A stretch of 64,000 nucleotides of DNA from a virus. Taxonomy: Duplodnaviria > Caudoviricetes. The notes below the pieces were generated by a model, which ran no database searches, had not been told where the DNA came from, and worked only from the letters and a program-made list of their open reading frames with translations. The stretch is from IMG/VR virus record IMGVR_UViG_3300027760_000553, positions 1 to 64,000 of that record; one strand, written 5' to 3'. Below, one piece after another: positions 47,405-58,136 of this stretch. The translations under genes and the position numbers were made by a program. How positions within the stretch are numbered: position 1 is the stretch's first letter; the number at the start of each line of letters is the position of its first letter.

Positions 47405-48131
47405 CTAATTAGCCTTTTTATCTACCGTTTTAAAGGCATCATTTATTTCTGCTAATGATAGCCTTCCATCGTCCAAAAAAGCCCTTGCCAGTCTTTCAAT
47501 AACTGTTGCTACTCCTAAGAGTCCTGCAAGCATAACTGCCTGAACTGTGTCAATTCCTACTACGGCTCCTGCTCCCAAGACTGATAGTCCTGATGCTGCA
47601 AATACCGCAAGAATTCTCATTAGAATATTTGTTATTGCTTTCTGTGGGTGCTCCTGCTTTGGTGGTTCTACTATTTTTTTAGTTGCCATTATTTATCTCC
47701 TTTTCCTGCAAAGTATCCACCAATAATTCCTATTAGTCCTACTAATGCATTTTGTACTAATGCGATTGCATCTTCGTTTGTTCCATATTTTTCACCTGAT
47801 GTTGATTGTTGGAGAAGCATTGAAGCATATTCCCCAATAACTACAAGACCAATGAACCCTAATATACCTAGGGTAATTACCCACATTAATTTATCTTTCA
47901 TTATTTATCCTCTTTTCTTAGCGGGATTGTAATTAGCCAAATAATTGTTGTTGCCATTACAGCAATACCAACAATGTCTCTTGCTGATCCCGTCAAAGTT
48001 AACCATGCGATAAAGAAGCCAAGGAGGGTAAATGCCTGTGCAATTAATTCCATTCCTGCATCCTTAAACCATTTAACTAATCCTTTGAGCATTTTGCCTA
48101 CTAGGTTGATGGCTTTATTGATTATTTTCAT
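47405..48131 (-). other. Three small membrane proteins (47405..47689, 47689..47901, 47901..48131)
   Basis: ORF track; two TM segments each. Confidence 0.6.
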
Positions 48132-50224
48132 TTGTTCCTCCTTATCATTGCCCCTGCAATTTGTGATGCAATGACCACTGGGACAATTACTTCTTGTGCT
48201 TTTTCTCTCTGATCATCTGTCATGTCCATACCCAACTCAGAAAAATTGGATAGGAGTTCTAATGGATCCACAGCAAATACTGCTCCAAGTGGATCTGATA
48301 AAAATGCATCTGTTTGTACTTCTGTTACTGCATCTGCAAGTGTAAATGGCATTGGAGTATCTCCTGCCTCTGCTGCTTTATCATTAAAGGAAACAAATGC
48401 AGCAGCAAGTGCTGGGTTAGATTTCATTTGATCTGCAACTTTTGCAATTTCTGATGCGGAAATGCCAAGGCTTTCAGCAACTTGTGTTTTTGCTTCTTGT
48501 GTTAAAGCCTTTAGTGTTTGACTAACTGCTGCTGTTTGCTCTGCAGAAAGTTTAACTAACTTATTATCCTTGCTTGTAAGGTTTGCAATAACACCAGATA
48601 AATCTTCTTTGTTTCCTGTGCCATTTTGTGGGATAAGTGCTGCCAACTCTGCATCCTTGATTACTGGATCAATGTTTTCTGATGGCTTAAAGTCTGGCCT
48701 TGGAAGTGGCTTAGGTTCTGGTTTTGGCTCTACAGAAGGCTCTGGAGCAGGTTCTGGCTTTGGTTCAGGGTTTGGGGCAGGTGTAGGCTTAGGCTCTTCT
48801 GGCTTTGGCTTGTCTGTTGGTTCTGGTTTAGGTCCAGGCTCTTCTGGCTTTGGGCCTGGCTGTGTTGGCTTAGGACCTGGTTCTTCTGTAACAGTATTAT
48901 TAGTTGGCTTAGGCTCAGGTTTATCTGTTGGTGGTGGTGAAGGCTTTGGTTTTTCTGGTTCAACTGTTGGCTTTGGTTCTGGTGTAGGCTGATTTGCTGC
49001 AGCATTGGCTGCTGCTTGAGCAATTGCTCTTTGAATTTCTCTTTGCGACTGCTTATCATAGTAACGCCATGCGTCATCAATTGCACTATTAACATCAAGT
49101 ATCGCATTATTAAAATTAGATATAGCATTATTCTTTTCAGATAAAGCATCTTCTGTTTCGTTAACAGCGTTGTTATACTCAGATGTCTTATTAGTTAAAT
49201 CTTGATTATATGAGTTTAATGTTGCAACCTCTTGATTATAAATATTTAATTTATTATTATATTCTTGCTGTGCTGCATTCTTTACACTTAATGCTGCTTG
49301 ATAATCTGCAGTCTGTGTTGTACTTGCTCCAGATCCAGAAGAAAATGTATCAAGATTACAACTAAAGTTTTGTCCCCACACTCTTGGATTTCCAGCATAG
49401 TCGCAACCTGCACCAGTCCAACCTAAACTGCCAGATGAATCATAGGGTATTCCCCATCCAAGATGATAAGATCCTGGTCCTCCACCGTTGTACCACCAAA
49501 TCTCTACATCAAATGTTTTATCTGTGGTTACATCATATATTGGAGAGTATTGACTCCATGTTGTTCCCTGTTCCTTCCAGTTATTAATGACAAGGTTTCC
49601 ATCAATATACATCCTAAAACCATCATCTGTATATCCTGCAAATTTTGTTGATGTAAACCATGACGGTACTGTTATTTTTCCAGTAAATTTAACTATAAAG
49701 TTTTCATATCTATTACCACAAACTGGACGAGTCATGTAGTTTCCATTTAGTGTTCCACTACATAAGAATTGATCTGTGGCTGCAAGGTCATCAACCCTGA
49801 TTAAACTATAAACATTGTATGATAAACCAGCACCACCAGCATTATTTAATGCTTGTTGGGCTGTTTGTAGATTAATATTGGCTACGCCAAGGGCATCATA
49901 GGCATTATTCTTATTTGTTAGGGCAGTGGCTACTGTTGCTGTTTGTCCATCTACATTAGACTGGGCAAGATTTTTTGCTTCCAGTGCTAGGGTTTCTACA
50001 TCTACTGCATCATCATAATTTTTAATTGCTAGGTCTCTGACATCCCGTAGATTTTTAGCATACATAAACTTATTCTCTGCTATATCAATTAGGTTTATTA
50101 GACCATCTTTATAGTCTAATTTATCTACTGCGCTATTGAGGTTTTCAATTTGTTTTGCTGCTACTGTTAAGGGATCGTCAGAGTGAGCATCTTGTGGGGA
50201 TATTAATAGCCATCCAAAAGCCAA
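48128..50224 (-). CDS. Membrane-anchored/secreted coiled-coil protein with PA14 domain and Pro-rich linker
   Basis: FTGKI...TDDGFRMYIDG...IWWYNGGG (PA14); PEPKP repeats; C-terminal hydrophobic segment. Confidence 0.7.
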   Translation of the reverse strand: MAFGWLLISPQDAHSDDPLTVAAKQIENLNSAVDKLDYKDGLINLIDIAENKFMYAKNLRDVRDLAIKNYDDAVDVETLALEAKNLAQSNVDGQTATVATALTNKNNAYDALGVANINLQTAQQALNNAGGAGLSYNVYSLIRVDDLAATDQFLCSGTLNGNYMTRPVCGNRYENFIVKFTGKITVPSWFTSTKFAGYTDDGFRMYIDGNLVINNWKEQGTTWSQYSPIYDVTTDKTFDVEIWWYNGGGPGSYHLGWGIPYDSSGSLGWTGAGCDYAGNPRVWGQNFSCNLDTFSSGSGASTTQTADYQAALSVKNAAQQEYNNKLNIYNQEVATLNSYNQDLTNKTSEYNNAVNETEDALSEKNNAISNFNNAILDVNSAIDDAWRYYDKQSQREIQRAIAQAAANAAANQPTPEPKPTVEPEKPKPSPPPTDKPEPKPTNNTVTEEPGPKPTQPGPKPEEPGPKPEPTDKPKPEEPKPTPAPNPEPKPEPAPEPSVEPKPEPKPLPRPDFKPSENIDPVIKDAELAALIPQNGTGNKEDLSGVIANLTSKDNKLVKLSAEQTAAVSQTLKALTQEAKTQVAESLGISASEIAKVADQMKSNPALAAAFVSFNDKAAEAGDTPMPFTLADAVTEVQTDAFLSDPLGAVFAVDPLELLSNFSELGMDMTDDQREKAQEVIVPVVIASQIAGAMIRRNK

Positions 50225-50320
50225 TATTGACGCTATTATTATGCGTATTAATCTTTTAATTTACCTTTCCCCCTTAGAGACAAGATGTCTACTAGGATGA
50301 TTATACCATTTTATTGCACA

Positions 50321-50352
50321 AAAAAGGGGCTACCGTAATTGGCAACCCCTTT
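50321..50352 (-). terminator. Intrinsic terminator
   Basis: On the minus strand AAGGGGTTGCC-AATTAC-GGTAGCCCCTT followed by a T tract. Confidence 0.7.
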
Positions 50353-50365
50353 AGTGTTGGACTAA

Positions 50366-51493
50366 TTACTTAACTAAAGTAACCTTAGCCTTTGGATTCT
50401 TTGCATTCCACTGCTTAGCAAGTGCATTGAATGATGCCTTAAGATTTGCAATTGTAGCAGCATTATCTGCAGTCAACTTAGCAATCTGTGCATCCTTAGC
50501 AACTACAACTGCATCGTGTGCAGTCTTTGCATCAGCAAGTGCCTTTGCAGAAGCAGCCTTCTCTGCTGCAAGAGCAGCATCTGAAGCAACCTTAGCAGCA
50601 GCAGCATCAGCGTTAGCCTTTACAACTGCAGCATCTGCAATAGCCTTAGCAGCAAGTGCTGCATCCTTAGCAGCAACCTGTGCAGCAAGTTCTGATACTA
50701 GATCACGAACTGCAATTTCTGCAAATGGTGCAAGTGCACGAGCAGGAAGACCAACTACATCTGCAGTTGTTGCATCAGATGATGTTGTTGGTGCAAATGT
50801 GATTAGTGAGCGTGTTCCAGTTGTTGGAAGTGTTGCCTTAAATGTAGCAACTCCAAAGTCTGAAAGTGTAGCGCCAGTTGTTGCTGTTGCTGTATCTAGT
50901 GTTGCTGTAGCAGCAAACACTGTTGCAGTAATTGACTTACCTGATACCTTGTTACCAAATGTATCTGTTGCAGTTACTGTGATGTCCTGCTTTGTTCCAG
51001 CAGCACCTGATGTAGGTGCAGACACTGTAAGAGAGTTAATCTTACCAGCAGTTCCCTGTACATAGTATGTAAGAGTTGTTCCTTGATTGTTGATTACAAC
51101 TGTACCAATTGCTGTTGTTTTTGTGTAGACATAAAATGTTGCTGTTGTTCCTGTACCAGTGGCAATTGTCAAAGATGATGATCCTGATGTTGCTCCTACT
51201 GGTGCAGCAGTTGTGTGTAGTGCAGACACGATTGTTGCGTTTGTTGCTACGACTGAAACGCTTGTTCCAACATCAACTGTTGCAATAAACTTTAGTGCGT
51301 CAGCAGCATCAACAGAGTTGTCTGCAGGGACTGGCAATGATGCAGGTGTAGCGATTGCTGATGCTGTAGTGTTTGCTACAGAGTCAAGCGATACAGCGAC
51401 TGTCATTACAGCAGCACTTGCAGGTGTTGCTACGATTGTGCCCAAAGTCATGGCTGCAACCATGGCTAGTGCGATTTTCTTAAATGAATTCAT
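50366..51493 (-). CDS. Secreted Ala/Thr-rich Ig-like surface protein with C-terminal coiled coil
   Basis: Signal peptide MNSFKKIALAMVAA...PASA; ATDTFGN Ig-like motif. Confidence 0.65.
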   Translation of the reverse strand: MNSFKKIALAMVAAMTLGTIVATPASAAVMTVAVSLDSVANTTASAIATPASLPVPADNSVDAADALKFIATVDVGTSVSVVATNATIVSALHTTAAPVGATSGSSSLTIATGTGTTATFYVYTKTTAIGTVVINNQGTTLTYYVQGTAGKINSLTVSAPTSGAAGTKQDITVTATDTFGNKVSGKSITATVFAATATLDTATATTGATLSDFGVATFKATLPTTGTRSLITFAPTTSSDATTADVVGLPARALAPFAEIAVRDLVSELAAQVAAKDAALAAKAIADAAVVKANADAAAAKVASDAALAAEKAASAKALADAKTAHDAVVVAKDAQIAKLTADNAATIANLKASFNALAKQWNAKNPKAKVTLVK

Positions 51494-51508
51494 TCATTTC
51501 TCTTTTCT

Positions 51509-53290
51509 TTATAGTAGATTAAATCTATCCAAATAATCTTTTACATCATCTGGCATAGGCTTTAATTGTATCACGTTTCCTGGCTGTAAGTCAAGTCCTG
51601 ATTTAGGTCTATCCCTAAATGTATGGATCTCAACCTCTTCGTCCATATTTTTTGGGGTATGTGATATTGCCCCAAATATTGCTCCACACACAGCATCTGC
51701 TAAGTCCTTAGAAGATTTTCTTGGGTGGTCAACTCTATTATTTTTCATGATTTTTAATTCTGTTAGTTCTTCGAACAAAAGTTCGATTGCAGGCATAACA
51801 AGTCTTTCCTCATAAACTAGCATGGCCATATCTTCATAATGCTTTTTTGCAACAGAAACAGTCTCAGTTCTCATGCCTACCTGTTTTAGTTCATTCTGAA
51901 TATCAAAGGATTGCCAACGGTCAAAAGAAACCATGCCAATATCAAAACCTTGCCTTCTAAGATTTTGAATCCACAACTTAACCTCAGACAGGTTTACTGG
52001 TCCTTCAGTTTTTGGTTCCCAATAGACTACTGCATCTACAACAACTACTGGTGCTACTTGTTGATAATCTTTAATTACCTGAATATTTACCCACTTATCC
52101 ACATGTGCAATTGCTACTGCACATTTGTCATGCTTTTGTGCAAGGTCAGCATGTACATAATATTTTTTATTTGGATCTGGTTTAAATGTTTCATCAAATC
52201 TTTTGTATGTATCAATTGGGTTTCTTATGGTCATACATGATCTTACTTTTTCTACCTGTTTAAAAAACGCATCAGTTGAATATGTTGGAACACATGCAAA
52301 TCTTTGCATTGCATCTCCAAGGTCTGTATAAAATGCCAACTTGAAGTCATCAATTTTTCTAGTAGGATTAACAACCCAAGTAGGACGCTTTAATGCAAAC
52401 ACTCCTGGATACTTGTAAGAAACTATGTTGTCTTCATCCCAAGTAATTTTTAATGTATTTCCCTCAGCATCTTCAGGTAAGTCCTCATTCATAACAAATG
52501 TATGATCTTTTGATACAACATCTTTTTCCATAATTACAGCATCATATCTTTGTGAAATAAAGTCGCCTGGATAACGAGGGAATGAAAGGAGTGCAACTTT
52601 TCCAAGATCTGGAAAACGAGAATCTACAGAGGCACGGAAAGCCTTGTAGATGTTATCTGCGGTCTTTCCTTGATCGTTTCCAGTACCTACATCATTAGCA
52701 AAGCCAGATATCTCATCAAGGACAGCAAGGATAAGGTTCAAGCCCTCATGAGACTCACGCTCTGAGTGACCAGAGTAAACAGTAATTGCTTTATCAAATT
52801 CAATACTTTCTGCTTTAGGGTTATACTTACCAGCAAACCATGGAGACTTTTCGATCTTTGTTTTAAATCCTTTAAAGAAAACATTTTTTGCTTGTTGAGC
52901 ATTTATAGCAACATTGATTAAGTCAATGGCATCTCCAGAGGGCTTACCGAAGTATCTTGCAGGATCTTTAAGACATAGCAGTTTGTATACAATATATGCA
53001 CAGGCTACTGTTGATACAAAGTCTTTCCCAGATCCCTTGCCAAGTTGCAGAATAACTTCGTTCTTTGTATATTTTTTATAATAGCGTCTTCCTTCTTCAT
53101 TACCAAGAAGATCAATCAAGTCCTCCTGTTTATATATTTGGCTCATGGCCTCAACAATGTCATATTGCACTTGAGATAGCGGAGGCTGACCAAGATAGTC
53201 TTCACCCTCAACAAATGTTTTAGCATCTACGGGAGTTTCTTCAAAATTATTATTTTTTAAAGCCTCAAGAAAATCACCAAAATCAGCCAT
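51509..53290 (-). CDS. terL: Terminase large subunit
   Basis: GKGSGKD Walker A; AVLDE Walker B; HADLA...D and DH...KDLADA nuclease motifs. Confidence 0.85.
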   Translation of the reverse strand: MADFGDFLEALKNNNFEETPVDAKTFVEGEDYLGQPPLSQVQYDIVEAMSQIYKQEDLIDLLGNEEGRRYYKKYTKNEVILQLGKGSGKDFVSTVACAYIVYKLLCLKDPARYFGKPSGDAIDLINVAINAQQAKNVFFKGFKTKIEKSPWFAGKYNPKAESIEFDKAITVYSGHSERESHEGLNLILAVLDEISGFANDVGTGNDQGKTADNIYKAFRASVDSRFPDLGKVALLSFPRYPGDFISQRYDAVIMEKDVVSKDHTFVMNEDLPEDAEGNTLKITWDEDNIVSYKYPGVFALKRPTWVVNPTRKIDDFKLAFYTDLGDAMQRFACVPTYSTDAFFKQVEKVRSCMTIRNPIDTYKRFDETFKPDPNKKYYVHADLAQKHDKCAVAIAHVDKWVNIQVIKDYQQVAPVVVVDAVVYWEPKTEGPVNLSEVKLWIQNLRRQGFDIGMVSFDRWQSFDIQNELKQVGMRTETVSVAKKHYEDMAMLVYEERLVMPAIELLFEELTELKIMKNNRVDHPRKSSKDLADAVCGAIFGAISHTPKNMDEEVEIHTFRDRPKSGLDLQPGNVIQLKPMPDDVKDYLDRFNLL

Positions 53291-53816
53291 TATGTATTAC
53301 CGTAATAACCTCATCTTGCTTGGCGATAGAGGAGAGTCGTCTCATAATTTCATCACGAATTTCTGGATACTCAGAGGCAATATCTTTTAGTATTGACATT
53401 AAGACCTCTTGTCGTTTTTCAATCTCAACCATCTCTTCTGCAAGTTCTTTGTTCTCAAGCAATCCAGCCTTTTGTAGCATGTCAATTCTCTTAGACTCAA
53501 TATCCATAACAAGTTTAATCGCTGTTGTTTTTGCAGTAAGATTATTTGTCATTGACGCTTCATCAATAACTTCATAAGATTTTGATATAAGTTTGCTATA
53601 GTGTGTGTCTGCTGCTACAAGTGCTTCTTTTGCACGAGCACGAATTGCAGCATTATCGGAAGCCATAGTCTTCCATTCATCAATATAAGCAACCACTCTT
53701 TGTCTTGGAATATCTAATTGTTTTGAAATGACAGTTGGGTCATTACCTTTTAGGTATTCTTCAACTACATTATTTACCTGATCTAAATGCTTTACTAGGT
53801 CTTCTTCAGTTGACAT
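53283..53816 (-). CDS. Probable terminase small subunit (HTH plus coiled coil)
   Basis: Immediately upstream of terL; N-terminal HTH-like segment. Confidence 0.5.
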   Translation of the reverse strand: MSTEEDLVKHLDQVNNVVEEYLKGNDPTVISKQLDIPRQRVVAYIDEWKTMASDNAAIRARAKEALVAADTHYSKLISKSYEVIDEASMTNNLTAKTTAIKLVMDIESKRIDMLQKAGLLENKELAEEMVEIEKRQEVLMSILKDIASEYPEIRDEIMRRLSSIAKQDEVITVIHNG

Positions 53817-54078
53817 CTAATAGCACCTTTGAAACCTTAAACAAGATTAGATATCCAATTAGATCGTCTATGTCATTGTCCCCATAAAACTCAGAGCCTC
53901 TAGATATTCTAGAAAGTTTATCATCTATTCTAATCTTAATCTGCTCATCTGTGTTTGCCTTTGAAAAAATTCTAATTGGATCAATGGCAGAATCACCGTA
54001 TGATTGATTCTTCTTAATAAGCATATCTTTTATTTCATCACAAATATTTGAAATAACATATTGTGTTTGAACGCTCAT
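53806..54078 (-). CDS. Nucleotide-modification-associated domain 1 (DUF1599-like) protein
   Basis: KKNQSYGDS...RIDDKLSR...DLIGY. Confidence 0.7.
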   Translation of the reverse strand: MSVQTQYVISNICDEIKDMLIKKNQSYGDSAIDPIRIFSKANTDEQIKIRIDDKLSRISRGSEFYGDNDIDDLIGYLILFKVSKVLLDVN

Positions 54079-54190
54079 TCGTCATCCTCCCAATCAAATG
54101 TTTCTGGCAAACCCTTTAATGTATAGAGTGCATAACTAATTCCAACTGCACCAGCAATAGTTAAAACTGCAACAACCTTTTGTAATTTAT

Positions 54191-54346
54191 TCATCGTTTA
54201 GATTTCCTTAATCCGTATTTTGCCAAATAAACATATATTGTCTCTACGCTTGTCCCACACTCTGAAGCAATTTCTTTTGGTGTTTTTTTATCCACAAGAA
54301 ATCTTTTCTTAAGCCAAGTCTCACTAGTATATAGTTTAGCAGCCAT
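54191..54346 (-). CDS. Small HTH protein
   Basis: MAAKLYTSETWLKKRFLVDKKTPKEIASECGTSVETIYVYLAKYGL. Confidence 0.65.
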   Translation of the reverse strand: MAAKLYTSETWLKKRFLVDKKTPKEIASECGTSVETIYVYLAKYGLRKSKR

Positions 54347-54350
54347 AGTG

Positions 54351-54941
54351 TTATTTGTCAACTCCTATTGCTTTAATCCAGTTTTTTATAGCCCAATGCC
54401 CAATACCGCAGGCATCTGCCACATCATTATCAGTAATAGTCTTATCATACTGAATATTGATAAAATTAATAGTTCTTTGTTTACGCAGATCTCTTTCAAA
54501 AGTTTTATACCATGACTCAGATTTTCCTGGACTTTGAGACCTAATGTATAATTTTTCATCTTTAGAAATCTTTTTATTTCCAATAAAGTTTTGCCATGTG
54601 ATTGGTGACACCTTGCCAATAGTTCTAATGCCAGATTGACCTGCTGCACCTAATAAAGCACCTTGGACTAACGCAAGATCAGCAGCAGTCTTAGGGCTGT
54701 TCATAAATACTGTATGTTCAATTACAATCGCATCTACATTTATAACATGTTCAAACAAGCCCTTAGACTTTCTGCCAGCGTCAATTACTTTTTCATATAT
54801 ATCTTTGCCTTCAAAATTAATCTTTCCAACTTCTTTTAAGTATTCACCATGAAATGTTGCATAGGCAAAACTGTTAGTACTAGCATCAATAGCACAAATT
54901 CGTTCTGGTTTTATTTCTACACCCCACTTATTTTGTACCAT
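54351..54941 (-). CDS. RuvC-like Holliday junction resolvase
   Basis: AIDAS, VIE, DVADA. Confidence 0.75.
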   Translation of the reverse strand: MVQNKWGVEIKPERICAIDASTNSFAYATFHGEYLKEVGKINFEGKDIYEKVIDAGRKSKGLFEHVINVDAIVIEHTVFMNSPKTAADLALVQGALLGAAGQSGIRTIGKVSPITWQNFIGNKKISKDEKLYIRSQSPGKSESWYKTFERDLRKQRTINFINIQYDKTITDNDVADACGIGHWAIKNWIKAIGVDK

Positions 54942-55212
54942 TTATTTTTCCTTTTATTTCTTTTAAAGCCTTTACAACATCTGATGGATTAACTAAACAC
55001 AAATTACATAAATTATCATCATTGTATATTGATAATTGTTTTAAACAAGATTTGCATAAACGGTCTTTACCTTTTCGTTTTTGTCTTCTTGAAACTACAT
55101 ATCTTTGTGCAATTTTTTCCTTAGTTGCTTTTTCTCTACAAATAACAGAGCAATAAATTTGATAACTTATATCAGTTTTAAATTCTGTGTCACACCAACT
55201 ACAATGTTTCAT
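54928..55212 (-). CDS. Zinc-finger protein
   Basis: Four CxxC-type pairs. Confidence 0.6.
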   Translation of the reverse strand: MKHCSWCDTEFKTDISYQIYCSVICREKATKEKIAQRYVVSRRQKRKGKDRLCKSCLKQLSIYNDDNLCNLCLVNPSDVVKALKEIKGKINGTK

Positions 55213-56050
55213 CTTCCAGCAACTCCAGAGGTTTAATTTTAATTACCCCTGTCTCTGCTTCGGCACAAGTTTTTTGTAATGGACAAACCTTACAGATCTT
55301 TGAATTTGATCTATATGTTTTTTGAGGCAAAGTTTTATCTTCCCATGCCTTGCGAACTGTTCGCATCCAATCAAATGCCTGGTCTACCCACCGACGGTAA
55401 TGATCGTTTACTTCTACAGGAATAATAAGTAGGTCATGGTTATTTTTATTTTCATAAATCAATGCACCCTTATCTTTCTTGAGAATCTTCATATACATAA
55501 TTAATTGCATTAGGTGGCCAACCTTTGGCTTCCTGCTTGCTTTTCTATACTCAAAGCCTTCATTCATCATGGTTTTAATTTCACCAAGAATAGTTTGACC
55601 ATTATAATTAAGCATTACATCGCCATACCCTGAAATTGGTGGGTCATCATGCTTGATTCTAAACTCTAATGCTGGATGAATTTGCTTCTTGTACTTGCTT
55701 GGTTCTGGATCAAACTCCATATCTTCTGCCAAAAGCCCAGCATTCATAACAGCATCTTGGATTCTATCATGGCTCAGTGTTCCGCTGGTTCTGTTTGCTA
55801 CACCAAAAGCATCTGCATCATCATGGAAAATTGCACCATCAAATGCAAGGTACCAATATCTAGCACACTCACCTGCTCCGTATGTCAAAGATGAAGGAGC
55901 AAAGGTTGTCTTCTTTTGAAAGCGTGGTTTTAGGTTAACTGTATAGCCATTCCTAATTGCCTCAATAAGTCCATCAGCAAAAGTTGGCTCTTCCGATTTA
56001 TTGCTTGTTTCTGGTCTGATCATAACTTGCTTTAGTAAATTTTTTGTCAT
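55199..56050 (-). CDS. Cas4-like PD-(D/E)XK exonuclease
   Basis: C.R..Y; G..D...EIKT; Q...Y; CKVCP....C. Confidence 0.8.
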   Translation of the reverse strand: MTKNLLKQVMIRPETSNKSEEPTFADGLIEAIRNGYTVNLKPRFQKKTTFAPSSLTYGAGECARYWYLAFDGAIFHDDADAFGVANRTSGTLSHDRIQDAVMNAGLLAEDMEFDPEPSKYKKQIHPALEFRIKHDDPPISGYGDVMLNYNGQTILGEIKTMMNEGFEYRKASRKPKVGHLMQLIMYMKILKKDKGALIYENKNNHDLLIIPVEVNDHYRRWVDQAFDWMRTVRKAWEDKTLPQKTYRSNSKICKVCPLQKTCAEAETGVIKIKPLELLEDETL

Positions 56051-56091
56051 TATCTTAAAACTCTTTTCTATTCTTATAAGTATAGCAGATA

Positions 56092-56394
56092 TCAGCGTGT
56101 GATGTATTTTAGTGCAGACACTAAATTGTTAATTGATTCAGCAGCAGTGTAGTAAAGATTTTTTTTGCCTCTATCAGATTTATCTACATTTGCCATCCAT
56201 GTTGCTTTAAATGCCATCTTTGCTGCGATTGCCTGAAGCCTTACAATCTCTACATGAGCCACATTGATTGGAATATCTGGCTTTATAATTAGTTTAGCAA
56301 TCATTGTTAATGCAGTTGTCAGTTCTTCATCTTCCATATAGTCTGCAATTTCTACAAGACCATTTACCATATCAATAGTTGTTTTTTCTTCCAT
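56092..56394 (-). CDS. Hypothetical helical protein
   Basis: ORF track. Confidence 0.6.
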   Translation of the reverse strand: MEEKTTIDMVNGLVEIADYMEDEELTTALTMIAKLIIKPDIPINVAHVEIVRLQAIAAKMAFKATWMANVDKSDRGKKNLYYTAAESINNLVSALKYITR

Positions 56395-57170
56395 TAAAAA
56401 TCATCTCCAATTACTCCGTCTTTCATACCATCCTGATGATAAAGATTCCACGCTGCTTTAAATTCTGGCAAATAGTTTAAAGAATTTGTGTAAGCACTTC
56501 TTTTTTCTGGATATGTGTATGCATCTAGTGGATTCATTTCTCCAGTAAACCTATAGTTAGTTATTGGACAATAGTCCATGCTAACAATCTCAAGAAACTC
56601 GCCATCTTTAAATTTGCGCTTTGGTCTCCAGTGAACCTGATTGACTGCACTGAAAACTATTGTTTGCCCAGGCTCTAGTGTATATCTTGTAAAGGTGGTC
56701 CCGTCTTCTTGGTTTCCAATATAAAGATCCCACTCAATGTTTCCATCAACACAGTGATTAATAGTTATTAGATTTTCATCTGCGTCTATATGTGGAGGCA
56801 ACTTTGGACTATTATTTCCATTGCCATACTTTTTATTATATTCAATATAGTTATAATGACATAGAGCAACATCTCCATCATAAATTGGTTTTGCAATATT
56901 GTCTAGTTTTTCTTCTAAGTTTTTGGGCATCTGAAACTCAACAAGCACTCTTGACATATACTCAATTGTTTTTGGTCTAAACCTATCCCAATTTTTTTCA
57001 CTAGTCTGCTCATTTGGTTTATGCACAACTGGATCTAGCATATTTTTATTTTGATAAATAATATCCATTAACTGTTTTGATTCAGCATCAGTAAATAAAT
57101 TATCTACATAAAATGGAACTTTTGTTTTATATTTATTAAAATCAGTTAGGTACTTGTGAATTTCAGCCAT
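56394..57170 (-). CDS. 2OG-Fe(II) oxygenase-like protein (HWR subfamily)
   Basis: PHID...QVHWR. Confidence 0.7.
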   Translation of the reverse strand: MAEIHKYLTDFNKYKTKVPFYVDNLFTDAESKQLMDIIYQNKNMLDPVVHKPNEQTSEKNWDRFRPKTIEYMSRVLVEFQMPKNLEEKLDNIAKPIYDGDVALCHYNYIEYNKKYGNGNNSPKLPPHIDADENLITINHCVDGNIEWDLYIGNQEDGTTFTRYTLEPGQTIVFSAVNQVHWRPKRKFKDGEFLEIVSMDYCPITNYRFTGEMNPLDAYTYPEKRSAYTNSLNYLPEFKAAWNLYHQDGMKDGVIGDDF

Positions 57171-57172
57171 AA

Positions 57173-57832
57173 TTAATTTGACTCTTTCGGATTGTACTTT
57201 AGCAAGCCGTCTTCTGACTTGTTAGATGAAGCACCCGTTTCATCATTCCAAACTATATATTTTTCTTTTGCTCTTTTTCTCATAATGTTTACATGATCAG
57301 CAGTGAGAGTTTCTGATGTAGTTGGTGAGAAGTGCAAAAATATTGCTTCTAAAAATTCACCATCTACAAATTCTCTTTTTGGTCTCCAGTGAACCTGATG
57401 AGAACCAGAAAAAGAAAGTAGTTGATTGTCTTTGAGTGTATATGTTGCTTCAGACTCCCAGTTATCTACTGTAATTCCCCAAGATACATTTGAACCTATC
57501 TGATAGTCTAAAGTGAGTCTTGACTCATTAAATACCTCGTCAGTATGTGGAAAGAGCAATGGATAAAAAGTATACTTTCCACAATTTGAAACTGTTTTTT
57601 GATATCTAGAAAAATTATATTCCTTTAGAACTAATGATTCTCCAGCAATACCCTCAGCATATTTTGTAAACTTATCAATAATATGTTGTGGTAATTGAAT
57701 ATGCCAACTGTTATATCCAAGATCTTCAACAAAGGTTTGGCTGGTAGTTGAAGAAACAATCTTATATATTTCTGCTACATCTTCTTGTGTTAAAGCATTG
57801 TCGATTAATACGTTTGGTAAATCTTTTTTCAT
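57173..57832 (-). CDS. 2OG-Fe(II) oxygenase-like protein (HWR subfamily)
   Basis: PHTD...QVHWR. Confidence 0.7.
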   Translation of the reverse strand: MKKDLPNVLIDNALTQEDVAEIYKIVSSTTSQTFVEDLGYNSWHIQLPQHIIDKFTKYAEGIAGESLVLKEYNFSRYQKTVSNCGKYTFYPLLFPHTDEVFNESRLTLDYQIGSNVSWGITVDNWESEATYTLKDNQLLSFSGSHQVHWRPKREFVDGEFLEAIFLHFSPTTSETLTADHVNIMRKRAKEKYIVWNDETGASSNKSEDGLLKYNPKESN

Positions 57833-57851
57833 AGTATCTCCTTTTATTATA

Positions 57852-58136
57852 TTATACACCATCTAGAATTTGATCTAATAAATCAAATTCCAGTATAGCA
57901 AGTCTAACTTTTGTATTTCCAGAGCCAAGAACAACTATTATTAACGGATCGCTATTATTTTTAATTGCATCTGTTGTGGCCTTTGCCCATACATCTTTAT
58001 TTAATGTGAAAGACTTTGAAGCCTCTTTAAAATCTACAGTAAAGTTTTGCCATGTTGCATCACCTTTATGTGTGTTTCTGCCAGAATTCTTGTGCTGTTT
58101 TGCACCAATTCTTTTTGACTCACTCTTTTCTGTCAT
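57852..58136 (-). CDS. Hjc-like PD-(D/E)XK resolvase/nuclease
   Basis: NSGR...KGD...VDFK. Confidence 0.6.
   Translation of the reverse strand: MTEKSESKRIGAKQHKNSGRNTHKGDATWQNFTVDFKEASKSFTLNKDVWAKATTDAIKNNSDPLIIVVLGSGNTKVRLAILEFDLLDQILDGV

Noticed and set aside
50427-51536. Long + strand ORFs (50427, 51159; likewise 48570 and 29057)
   Set aside because: Antisense shadows of strongly codon-biased minus-strand genes
55199-56050. Cas4-like gene as evidence of a CRISPR-Cas system
   Set aside because: No repeat-spacer array or other cas genes are present; stand-alone Cas4-like exonucleases are normal in phage recombination modules
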